Shown: piece after piece, positions 39,446 through 51,331 of the stretch | Numbering within the stretch: position 1 is the stretch's first letter | Layout of the letters: every line of letters begins with the position of its first letter | Source of the DNA: Epiperipatus broadwayi | Lineage: Eukaryota; Animalia; Onychophora | Length of the DNA: 64,000 nt | Reading direction: 5' to 3' | NCBI GenBank assembly: GCA_028023455.1 | Contig: JAQFVV010000001.1 | Span: forward strand, 5,642,001 to 5,706,000 | Translations under genes and position numbers: made by a program | Notes under the pieces: model-generated | Told to the model about the DNA's origin: nothing | Databases searched by the model: none | What the model saw: the letters and a program-made list of their open reading frames with translations, nothing else

Positions 39446-42400
39446 TATGCACATATGGCTTTTCCTTTCTCAGAATCAGGAATCTCTCAACCCCTATGCC
39501 AGAGAAACCTGTTGGTCATCTTTCCTTCCCATTCCATTCATCACTCTAAATATTTCCCATATTCTTCTTTATCCTGTTCCATACCATTTCCACAATATGA
39601 TCTTTGTCCACTCTATGGCCTTTATATCTAAATCCCCCTTATTTTCCCCCAAATTCAGCATAAAAACAAAGAACACACTTTCTGCATAATTACTTTGTTT
39701 ATATTTATTTTCCCACAACTTCATTATTTGTACCTTTCTACTTGCAAGTATTTACATTCAATTAACAGACGTCTAATATTTTTTATGCTTTCCTTACTTA
39801 ACTTACAGACTAAATCACCCATATTTTCCCATTTATGTATATATTTCCTTGTTGCTAACGATCCTGTTTGAGACTTAAACAGTAAACTACTTTCCTTCCT
39901 ATTATCATAAATTAACTCACACTTAATATTCTATTAACTTCTATATATATTTAAACTCTTTTTACTTTACATACTAGTTCTCCATTTCCCCAACTCCCTA
40001 TTTATTATTAATGTATCTATTCTTCTATCCCATTCTTTGCCACTATAACACTCAACAATTCTCCTAAAACAATCATTCCATTTTTTGTATAAGTATACTG
40101 ATATAAAGTCTTTATCCAAATTTTCTGTATACTGTACTATCTTTTTCACCCATCTTGTTGCCCATCCTTTACTCATAATCCAATTTAATACTATTTTGGC
40201 CATTCTCTTATTATTCTATAAATTGCAATCCACTGAACATTTTCATTTTTCTTTTTGCGTCTCTCATATAAAAACTTGACCATTTCATTTCTCCTTGAAT
40301 TGCCTCTGCTGTCCACACATCTACATTTGATGCATGTCTTCTTACTTCTCTTTGTACTTTTTCTGAGTAGTCTAACACTTTTTTATTAACAATAAAGCAT
40401 TGTTATCATAAGTTAATTCTGCTACTGCCACTCCTTTCCATACAATTCTAACTACTTCATATTTACTATATGAAAACATTGTTAATTTTTTTATCAGTCT
40501 CTTTTTAATTTTTTCTCCCATTCATACAAGCAATTTCTGGATTACTTAAGACGATTCTCAAATAGTTATATCTATTCACCACATTTAACTTTATATCCCT
40601 CAATAAAAATTCTTTCTCTTCTCTTTCCTCAGCATTTATTATCATTACTTTTGATTTTTCTTCACTAAATTTAACTTCTATCTCTTTACCCACCTTTGCG
40701 CATGTCTTCAGCATAACTTCCATATCTTTCCTACTTTCTGTGCACAAGAAAATATCATCAACAAATAAAATACCTGCTAATCTATATACCCCCTTACCAT
40801 CTATTAATGGCATCTCTACCTCTCTTCCTAATCTTTCTATTGCTCTCTCCATTTCTCTCAAATATAACAAAAACAAAATAGGTGACATAGGGTATCCTTG
40901 CCAAAGTCCCACCCCATTTTTAACTTTAACTGATTTTATATTTCCTAATTGATACATATAGTAATTATTTTCATACAATCTCTTAATAAGATCCACTAAA
41001 GCTCCATTTATTCCCAAATTTACTAAACTTATCCATACTCTATACCTATTTATTCTATCATATGCCTTGTCTATATTTATAAAGACCATATATAACGGTC
41101 CACTTGTATTCCTACTCATAAATATAAGTTATGGGAATACAAATAAACTATTTTTTATATGCCTACTCATTCTAAAACCTCCTTACATTTCTCCCATTAT
41201 ATTAATTTCTCTCATTCATTTTGCAACCTTCCAGCCACACCATATATGCAAAAACTTTATATAACACTGATATTACTGTTATCGATCAATAATTGTTTAA
41301 TTTTCTATGATCCTTACTCTTTCCTTTAAATAGTAGATTTACTCTTGTATTATTCCAGTTATCTGGTAATTCTCCCTTCTGTGTTATCTTATTAAAACAT
41401 GATAACAGATTTAATTTTGTCCTATTTCCTAAATTCATCACAATTTTTGCTGCCCGTGCCTTCCTACTTTTCAATTTCTTTCCTGCCTCATTCAATTCAT
41501 TTTCTGTAAACCTAATATTTCTATTATTATATGCTTTTATGTTTGTTATCACTCTAATCTTCACATCTAACATTTTTTCTATATCCATTACATCCTTATT
41601 TAAGATTGTCTCTAATTCTTTTCTAGAGCTATATTCTTTTTTCCTCAACATCTAGTAATACCATTTGTCTCTCCCCTACATTTCTTCTTTTAATATATTT
41701 CCAAAATTTTTTACTCCCACCTCTTCCACTTTTATTAATATCCTCCAATAATTTACTATTTAATTTTATTCTCTATCTACAATTACCTATTTTAGCCAAC
41801 TTCTTTATTTTTTAAATACTTTCTCCATTTAATATTAACATCTTTTTCATTTTCTTTGTTTTTTTATAGCACATTTATTTTCCTTGCATACTTTTCCCCT
41901 TTCTTTTACACTTTTTCTAATTCTCACTTTTATATTACTTTTATTCTTCAGAATGTTTTCACCTAAAATCCTATTTGCCACTCTTTTCTACTTTACCATA
42001 CCAATCATTATATTCATTTCCCATAAACTCTTCCATGATTTCTTCTACTTTTATTTTATATTCTTTTAACTTATTTTTATAATTCATTCTCCATACACAT
42101 CTTTCACTATTCTTTCTACTTTTATTACTATTTTCCATCACATTACTAACCATTTCTATTATAAAAAAATTATGATCACTATTATGTACTCTCTCTTCAT
42201 TATCAAACATTTTAATTTTCCATACTTTATTCATTCCCTCTTTCTCTTTTAATACATAATCTATTGTGTGAAATATATTATTTCTAGACCATGTGTATTG
42301 TCTCCTCATAAATATTTGATAAATTTCCAATGCTCAAATTCACTCTCTGACAAAATTTTTTAAAAGCTATCCATTATTGTTATCTATATCATCACTTTCT

Positions 42401-44510
42401 TCAATATGCCCATTCATCTCTGTAGTCATTATTTTCTTTCCCCCTTTTTTTGAAACTCTGTATATCCTTAACTAGGCATTCATATATGCTACTGTTCCAC
42501 TCCATTATAGTTTGACTATCCCCAGAGGCCATATACACTATAGCTACAGTCCATTCTTGTCTTCCTAATCTTAATTCAAACCACAAAAGTTCTTGACACT
42601 GTACAGTATTTAAATATTTTTTTGATATAACTCCTATACCACCATCCCTTTCTTCTTTTTTTCTATTTGTATCTTACCATACCAAGTCTTCTGTGTAAGT
42701 TCTTCTTCTTCTAGAATACCTCAAGCTCTTCATTTTTAACTGCTTTGTTTAATTCCAGTCACTTTTCTGGTCTTCTACTATTTTGCATATTCAAATGTCC
42801 AATTCTAACAATTTCTTTTTTTCTTACAACCCATTAGTAAATCTTTTAACTCTCTCTTCTATGTTACATTTGTAAGTAGTTTGCTTATCATTAATTTTAC
42901 AGACCCTTCCTTCTCCATATCTATATTTATATCTAAATCAGCTACCCTTTGTTTATTTCTTATATCCTGTCCATTCTTCTTCTTTTAAATAATACTGCAA
43001 TTTAAAATTCTACCCCATTTATAAGGTTCCCAAATTTATAATATTTTTTATAAATCAAACTTCTAATATTCATTTCCTTTGTTTTGCTAAGGGCTATCCA
43101 TCTTTACTAAACAATTCCTTCTAACTAATAAAAAAAATCCCACACATCACAAACATAACATTATTTCTATTGCACAATTTTTTCAATCTCTCATTTATAG
43201 AACATGCCCTATCTAACATATACTTATTGTCAAATTTTGGTAATAATCCAACTATTCCTACTTTTCTTTTAATCTTACTTAAATTACTAATCAATTCTTT
43301 GTACTCATCCATTATTCTCTCTGATGGCTCTGACAAATTATTTGTCCATACCACAACATAAACATCTCTATTCCCATGTTTCTTTACCTTATCTGTAACA
43401 TCCTAATTCTAGCTCCAGGCAACAATATTCTTATATATCTGTTTCTATTTTCCCTTGCAATTACATATCCACATCTCTAATTAGCAAGTCTTCTATCAAT
43501 ACTGTCTCATAGTTTATTTTCCCTACTTCATCTGTAATGTTCTCTTCTACCTTTTGGACTTCCTTATCTAGTTTTTCCTTATTGTTTCTATTCATTACTT
43601 CCTTAATATGCTCACACTTCATCTCTCTCTAAAGATTTTGCTTCTATATCCTTTACCACTTCCTCTATTTTACTTATTCTTTGGCTAACCATCTCCATTG
43701 CACTACTTATTTTGTCATCCATATCTCTTGTCACTCCATTAAATATATATTCTATTCTATCTTCCTTAACTGCATTTTGCTCCATTTCTCTTGAATTTCT
43801 CTCTAAACTATCTATACTTAGAAACCATTTTTTCACCTCTTTTATCACATTTACACATGATCTACATAACCATATGCTGTTACATCCTTCTTAGTCCTAT
43901 TTAAGCATTTAAAATGATAAATCTTAACACATACAATACACTCTACCACAACATGTCTAATTTCCTTCTGATCATTATATATACATTGTGGGATATAAAT
44001 GCAATCCATATTCCTTATTATTCAACTCCCCCCATTCTATTATTTAAATTTATACTTTTTCTACTATTCTTCAAACTTCTTTATATAAAAGGAGAAAAAC
44101 TTTTTTTTAAAATGGCAATCAATAAACACATGCTTCCTAACCTTACTCCTCAAACATTATCTTCTTTCTCAAATAAATAACTCTCTTTCTTAAATTGGAA
44201 GAAAACCAACTAATCTTACATACAACTTAGTTTTAAAGTCTTCTTGCAGTAAACACACATATACAAAAAATAATTTTTTTCTTTTATATTTAAAATGGCA
44301 TATCGAATCATTTTCCAAACTTTAGCAATACTTTTCCCGATCTTTCCAAATCCAATTAAATCTATCTCTCTTCATTCCAATTTTCTTTTCACCTCCACAT
44401 ACTAAGAAAAGAAATTCTGTGGAAACAAAATTTTTTCCAGATGAAATTAAAAAAATATATAAACTTTAATTTATCTCGTGGAACAAATCAGCCACGTCAG
44501 CACAGCAATA
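39446..44510 (-). mobile_element. Near full-length (~5 kb) degenerate non-LTR retrotransposon with coiled-coil + SGNH/esterase-like ORF1 and APE-RT ORF2
   Basis: RT at 40505-41119 (FINIDKAYD, GLWQGYPMSPILF, LAGILFVDD). EN fragments at 41971-42586. ORF1 pieces at 43121-43354 (VWTNNL…YKELI..L…VGIVGLLP…INERL..LC, followed by a decayed DG.HL) and a coiled coil at 43612-43848. GC-richer 5' end at ~44490-44510. Confidence 0.82.
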
Positions 44511-45256
44511 TATGTGATATATATATGATAGATCGCCCTCTTGTTGCAGCTTGTGTAAATTTAATATTTGCTTCAATGGCCAAAACTTCATCATTATCAG
44601 CAGATTACTAGGAAACAGATTCTTAATTTAAACAATCTTCCAATTCTTTAGATTTATTACTTCAGTTGACAGAGCTTTATTAATTTTGGCCAGTAATGAC
44701 TGACAGGACTCCCAACCTTCAGTTATCATGTGAATTGTTTAGATACCTTACAATAGTATCATGTTGATGCTTAACACTTCAAAAGATTAATTTAAATTAT
44801 AATTTAATACCTGTTTATCTCAAATAAGCATATAATCAGTCTTAATATCACAGAAATAATTATTCAAATAAAAAACTTTATTTTCTATTAAAATAACTAT
44901 CACTTGCTTTATTTTATATATATAAATAAAAATAATCTATAATGAGTAAAATCTCACTTTAAAAATCAAAAATCATGTTTACATCTTCCAAAGTTCTATG
45001 GCAAAAATCATATTTACATCATACAGAGATCTATGCATTACACACATACTTACATGCATTCATAAAACATGTCTACACATATCTATCATATAACTACATA
45101 TAAATGCCTTCAAATATATATGTATATACATGTAACATAATCAAATACATAATTCAAGATAAAAAAAAAAATTCTGATTACAATTAACTTATATTCTTGG
45201 AAGGAACATTTCTTTAAAAAAAATAAAAATGAAATCAATATTCTGAGTAACATTAC

Positions 45257-45316
45257 CTATGAGTATTGAAGCACCAGGTAAAAACAATGATATTCCTAAT
45301 GTAATCGCACAGCCAA
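45257..45316 (-). CDS. TMEM272: TMEM272-like membrane protein, 60-nt internal coding exon (phase 1-1), first TM helix
   Basis: Acceptor TATATTTTTAG| at 45317-45318 and donor |GTAATG at 45256. Reads (x)GCAITLGISLFLPGASILI(G) and splices in frame to ALYKDDCP of the next exon. Confidence 0.8.
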
Positions 45317-46013
45317 CTAAAAATATATAATTAAAAAAAAAAGAAAAATTATATATTTTTTATATGTGTGTGTAATTTATAACAAATTTAATAAACAATA
45401 ATATTTATAATGTAAAATGATGCAAAGATCTATCTTATCTAAAACAAATAATAATAATTAAATTGCTTTATTGCTTGGGAATTCCTAAGAAATTTGAGGC
45501 CAGAAAAATCAGAACTGAGCGAGATTACGAAGTTTAAACTCCAAAGTATGACACTCAACCACTATATAATCACCATGCAGGACACCTTGCCTTAAAGATA
45601 CAAACCTTTTAATGAAATAATAAATGAGGAAAAATAAGGTTAACTCTTCCAGATGATTATACACACCAATAGTCATAATTTGGTGCACAATTTATAAGTA
45701 TTTAACATATGTGTTGTCAGTGATAATAATGATGATTAATGAAAGAATACTCAACTAAATTAAAAATCACAAGAATAATTCAAATAATCACGAGGGCAAA
45801 TAGAAAGATGTATTAGTTATCTTTCCATAATTAAAATGATAAATATTTAAACTTCCCTGGTAAAAGCTTGCTTTGCATTATGTACTTATGACATTTAGTT
45901 ATATTAAACAAGTGTCATCTTATCAATCAGAGATAAATCTATCATTCCTTGATTAAGTTTAAAAAACACAATTATCTATTGTTTTTCTGAAAGTCTGTGA
46001 TGATGGTGTTCTA

Positions 46014-46259
46014 GTTGTATTTATATATTGAACTATTTCCTTAATCTAATATGTGTATTGAATGTCTTTAGAAAAATTTAACTTTATTTAAATATTCCAA
46101 ATATATTCAACTGTTAGTAATAGCACATCAAACAGAATAGTATGATATGCTGTTACTAACAGTTGAATGTATTTGGAATATTTAAATAAAGTTAAATTTT
46201 TCTAAAGACATTCAATACATATATTAGATGATGGAAATAGTCCAGTATAAAAATGCAAC
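46014..46259. repeat. Long foldback inverted repeat (~120-bp arms, ~6-nt loop)
   Basis: 46032-46133 pairs with 46140-46241 with only a handful of mismatches, and weaker pairing continues outward. Loop AGAATA at 46134-46139. Confidence 0.9.
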
Positions 46260-48189
46260 AATTACCTATTGTATCCTTTTTAATATGGTTCATTTCCTTC
46301 TGTTTTTGATTATAGCCTGGGTAAACATATATAAATTACAATAAAACAGAAAATCAATTAACTATATCTCTAGGAAATTTGTGCTTATTGTTAATTACAA
46401 AATCATAGTAAATTAATATAATATACAAATAATTATTAATGTTAAAAATATAAAAAAAAAATTTCTTCTTTGCCTCCCCCCCCTCCCCACAGTCATTTAT
46501 TAGAGATCCTTACTTATGCTTTTTGTTTATTCATCAGTTGTTTTCCTTCCTTGATCCATGTTGTATAGATTCTAACTAAATCAGGATGACCTAAGACTAC
46601 TAGAATTACTAAATTTGAATTCTATTTACAAAAAATAATTGAAAAATATATGAAATCTGATTACAGTAGATTTATTATTCATTAATTAAATGCATATGGA
46701 CAAAGATCATTGTATTACATAAGCTGATCTTTATTCAAAAAGGTTAAATAATTAATTCTATTTACATCAAGTTTATAATGGTATTCAAAATTGTATTTCC
46801 TTTTATTAATTAATCTACTACTGACAATTGTTTAAATTACTTAATATATACTCTAGTTACATCGACTTATAATTTATTATTTCTTAATTTATATGATTGT
46901 CTGGTTTTTTTATTCAGTTAAATTTGTATTAATATTTATTGTTTATAGCAGGCATCATATTGTTATCATGTAAAAATTATATTAGCAGTACAATAACAGA
47001 GATTCAAGGGACACATAAGTGAATATGCAGTTAGATAAATGCAGGAATATCTTTGAAATAAGATAGTTTTGCATAGGATAACAAAATGCTATTCATTTAG
47101 CTTCAAATAAAAGTAATTAATATATCACATCTTAACATATTAAATTAACATATCTAAATTCAATACGGAGTTTAAGTGATACGTTTATATATCATTTTAT
47201 ACAAACTTTCAATACAATAACAACTAATATATAGTAATTGTTGATTCATATGTTCACATCTTAGAGGTCATAATTGAGGATATACACACATACATATACA
47301 TTTATTATAATAATAATAATGAAGTATAGAAATTAAAATAACAAATCACAAAATAAAAAATATACAGAGTAAAAGATTGAGAGTGTGTATGCAATAAAAG
47401 TATTGGGTCACTACTGAAGTGGTAATAACATATTTTAGCAGCCATATAAGGGAGTGAAATAAGATAACTGACTGTTTATTAAATGAATGTGATTATATAA
47501 TGAAGGAAAGGACTGGGGCCCTGAAGTTTGTTATTAAATTTGGATACTAATCCAAGTTATGAAATACAGCATCATACAATGAAAATTGCAATATTTACAT
47601 ATATAAATAATTTAAACATGTGCAAGACTATGAAAATTATTTGTGTATGTAAAAATTAAAAAAATTGTGAGATTACTAAGTCAACCAATACAGAAATCCA
47701 TGAGTTGTATGAACAGAGTTTAGGATCTAAATCAAATTTGTCTCAGAATGTAGAGATCATAGAAATGTAATAAATGAATAATGATAAAATTAAACATTTA
47801 TTGAGGAATAAAAGCAAATAGGAAATACTAAATTTAACTTGGAGAGCAAATTTTTCAATAAACAAATAAAAAAATAAATTATTTCTGTTTATTTATTCCT
47901 GACAAATAATTAAAATATTTATTGATAGTTAAATATTATTAAAACTAAATGTCTGGATAAAAATTAAATATTATGAAACAAATTTTTTAAATTCTAAATG
48001 TAAAAATGTTCTTTTATTTATTTTAATAATTGATTTATGTAAATGAGTAACTTTAGCATTTAAGCTCCAATTTTTTAAGCTCAAATGTAAATTAGTCATT
48101 AAAAAAGAATGTAAACAAAAGTGTGCCTGAAAAGCAAGATAAGATTGAATAAACAAATAAATATATTTTTTGAAAAACATGTAGCATTC

Positions 48190-50460
48190 ATTTCCATTTT
48201 AGGGCAACACATAAGAGGACTGTGGTTAAATAAAAGGATCAAAATAACATCAGAATCAATTGAACTTGGAAAATTTAGATTTGCAGTAAACTATCAGTTA
48301 GGTAGTTGAGAATCAAAAGAAGAAGAATCTAGCAGAGATAATCATAAAAAAAAATAACTGATTTCAAGTTTATCATTGGAATAAAGCTAACCTTAGTTGA
48401 ATTATTATTTATTTTTTGATAAAGTAATTGATTGGTTCTAGAGCTTAAAAATATCCTGCTTGTGTATTGTCTATCCTATATGAAATGTGTTCCAGAGTTG
48501 ATAGCCCCTCTGCAAATAAAAGAGCTGTTGATAAACTAAAATTCAACAAAATTATGACATAGGATTGAAACTGTGAAAGAACAATTTAAGGATAAAATTC
48601 AGCAGAACTACAGACCAAAAATTACTGCTGCAGAGGAAACTTGTAAGAACAACTAAAATTTGAATGATTTACATGAATGTGTTGAGAAAATTAAAAACAT
48701 CAAAATTAATGAACACCATAAACTTACCTCATTGGACATAAAGAAGTACTACTGGTTGGTGCCTAGGGATCCATTATCATCATATAGGAAGTTTTGGAAC
48801 AAATTAATTATAATCAACACAAAAAAGATTTCATAATCGAGATTTTGAAGTGAATAAACAATGAAATAATAGCTTGTACCAGAGGGAAGTTTTATAAAAT
48901 GATGAGTGGATGGACCATAGAATTTCTATTCAGTGGAATTATTACCAATATGATTCTCTCAAAATTTGAAAGCCTCATCGTACCTAAATATTTGGATCCT
49001 TTAGTAAATGACATATATATTAGATATGTAGATGATGTTTTCATATGTGCTGCAGAACACAAAATAAAAATATTCATGTAGAACTAGATAAAGCATCGCC
49101 TTTTAAATGGACTACTGACAAGAAAAACATAAATCAAAGTATAAATTTGTTGGACTTACATATCCAAAGAAAGAGGATGTGCTCGATTTTGAAATGAATG
49201 TAAAACCAATTCAAGTTAGAGGAGTTATTCATTCCCAATTTAATGTTCCATTCAAACACAAAATGGCAGGTCTTATGGGTTTCTTACACAGAAACAGAAA
49301 ATTATGTAAATATGAGGCAGACAGAAAAACTAATATTGAATTATATGTTAGAGACTTAATGAACATTAAATATAAAAATAGTAAAAATTTTTTACAAGAG
49401 CATTAACAAAGTTCTTAACAATAACAAGCCAACTAAACCATGGATCAGCCTTTCTTATAACACTCATATTTCAACAAAACTTCAAAAAAATCTGTATGGA
49501 CAAATTCAGAATAGGCTTTAGATCACCTACCTCTGTCAACAATCTTCTAAATAACAATAAAGATAAACTCTTTCCGAACATGCTTCCCAAATTGTATAAA
49601 AGATCTCGTGCATTGCTCCTGCCTGCAGTGTGGTGTACTATGGAGAATTTTGTGCTAATGGATGTGATTGATTTTAAAATGAATGTAAAACCAATTCAAG
49701 TTAGAGGAGTCATCCATTCCCAATCTAATGTTCCATTCAAACACAAATTATTACACAGAAACAGAAAATTATTTAAATATGAGTCAGACAGAAAAACTAA
49801 TATTAAATTATATGTTTGAGAGTTAATGGACATTAAATATAATCATACTAAATTAATTAAAATAGTAAAAAAAATTTATGAGAGCATTAACAAAATTCCT
49901 AATAATAACAACTTGACTAAACCATGGATCAGCCTTCCTTATAACAATCATATTTCAACAAAACTCCAAAAAAATCTGTGGGGACACATTCAGATTAGAC
50001 TTTTTAGATCATCTATCTCTATTAACAATCTTCTAAATGACAATAAAGATAAAACTTTCAAACATGCTTTTCAAATTGTATATAAAATCTCATGCATTGC
50101 TTCTGCCTGCAGTGCGGTGCATCTATTTATATAAAAAAACAAAACCAAGTTGCGAATGCAGGTCTATCTTTGTTGAACAAGAAATGGCTGTGGAACATAT
50201 CTTTTTTTCCCTCTAATCTTAAAAGAGTATGCATAGAAAGGGATGATAGAAAAAGAAAATTTAAAGGGGCATGAGTGATTGCAAGAGAACAGAAAAAACT
50301 TGTATAAATGGAACATACAATTTGCATACTGGGACAAATTTTCACATTTCTCCATCTCTCAACTGTGAGGTTTTATTCTACACTATGATTTTGGAGAGCA
50401 GCTGCTGAAAGCTGGCTTAGTACTATCAAATATGAATTTGGTTTTACTTATAGCTTTTCA
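48190..50460 (+). mobile_element. Degenerate Penelope-like element (RT + GIY-YIG remnants) with an internal ~485-bp tandem duplication
   Basis: IRYVDDVF at 49025-49036, then LLDL.I, HSQ.NVPFKHK…FLHR.RKLC, PWISLPY…, VYKISC..C..V (GIY-YIG start) and a decayed endonuclease tail at ~50170-50330. 49174-49640 is repeated at 49660-50122. Confidence 0.8.
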
Positions 50461-50688
50461 TATTAACTTGCATATCTCAAGTTTTCAGGTATTACATAGT
50501 TATACGAAAAGAGCTTAACATTGAATATTTACATTCTTAAGAGCTTAATGTAAATTATACTTACTAAAATATTCCTTAATTTTCACAGAGGCAAAACTCT
50601 CCACACACTAGCAGCACTCAATGCAAGTCAGAGTAATCAATGGATGCAGAAAGGTTTGTGCATAAAACCCCTATCTAGTGCCTACTCA

Positions 50689-50745
50689 TCCAATATCCCC
50701 AGATTAGTTTCTAGAGTATGACTTTCATCAGTGAGAAGCCTTGGA
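50689..50745 (-). ncRNA. Degenerate type I hammerhead ribozyme in the inverted unit
   Basis: UCCAA-GGC-UUCUCA-CUGAUGA-AAGUCAUACUCUA-GAAA-C-UA-AUC-UGGGGA-UA-UUGGA. Same stem I architecture as 3931-3987, but AUC replaces GUC (stem III mismatch) and stem II is weak. Confidence 0.65.
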
Positions 50746-51282
50746 TCTGAGAGCACTGCACCTAGTCCTAATGCAACCCTCTAGCAGCCTACCTTTTACT
50801 TTTTTAGCTAACTATAAAGCTTTGAGTCCAAAATGAAAACACAATAATGTTTTCAAGCTAAGCTCATTAGCTTGTATAGTTGTATATAGTTATATAGATC
50901 TGAACTCAGTCTGGAATATTGCACAAACCTTCAGTGCATTTATCGATTGCTCTGGCTTGCACTGATTGGCACTATTGTATGGAAAGTTTTGCCTTTGTGA
51001 AAAACACCTTGTGTAAACATAAAGAATGGTGATTATGTGATATTTTATGGTTTAATACCAATCTTGCCCAATAGGATTATGGTGACTGTGGTTAGTAAAG
51101 AACCAAAGACATCAAAAAATATGGATGCTGAATTGAGTTCAGGTCTATACAAGTATACAAGCTAATGAGCTTAGCTTGAAAACATTAATTTGGACTCAAA
51201 GCTTTATAGTAAGTTAAAAAAGTAAAAGGTGGCTGCTGGAGGGTTGCACTAGATCCTAAGATCTAGGTTCAGTGCACTCAGA

Positions 51283-51331
51283 TCCAAGGCTCCTCACTGC
51301 ACAAGCTAGAAACTAGTTTGGGGATATTGGG
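51283..51331 (+). ncRNA. Deleted hammerhead copy in the tandem unit
   Basis: UCCAA-GGC-UCCUCA-CUG[deletion]CACAAGCUA-GAAACUAGUU-UGGGGA-UA-UUGGG. The core AUGA and the 5' arm of stem II are missing; the palindromic stem III ACUAGU is retained. Confidence 0.6.

Noticed and set aside
46517-46577. Candidate first exon of the TMEM272-like gene (strong GTAAG donor)
   Set aside because: In-frame TAA in the phase needed to join exon 45257-45316; it could only be non-coding.
50380-50420. AGCAGCTGCT-GAAAGCT at the PLE tail as a hammerhead
   Set aside because: The CUGANGA box is absent (CTATGATTTTGG); at best an unrecognisable relic.
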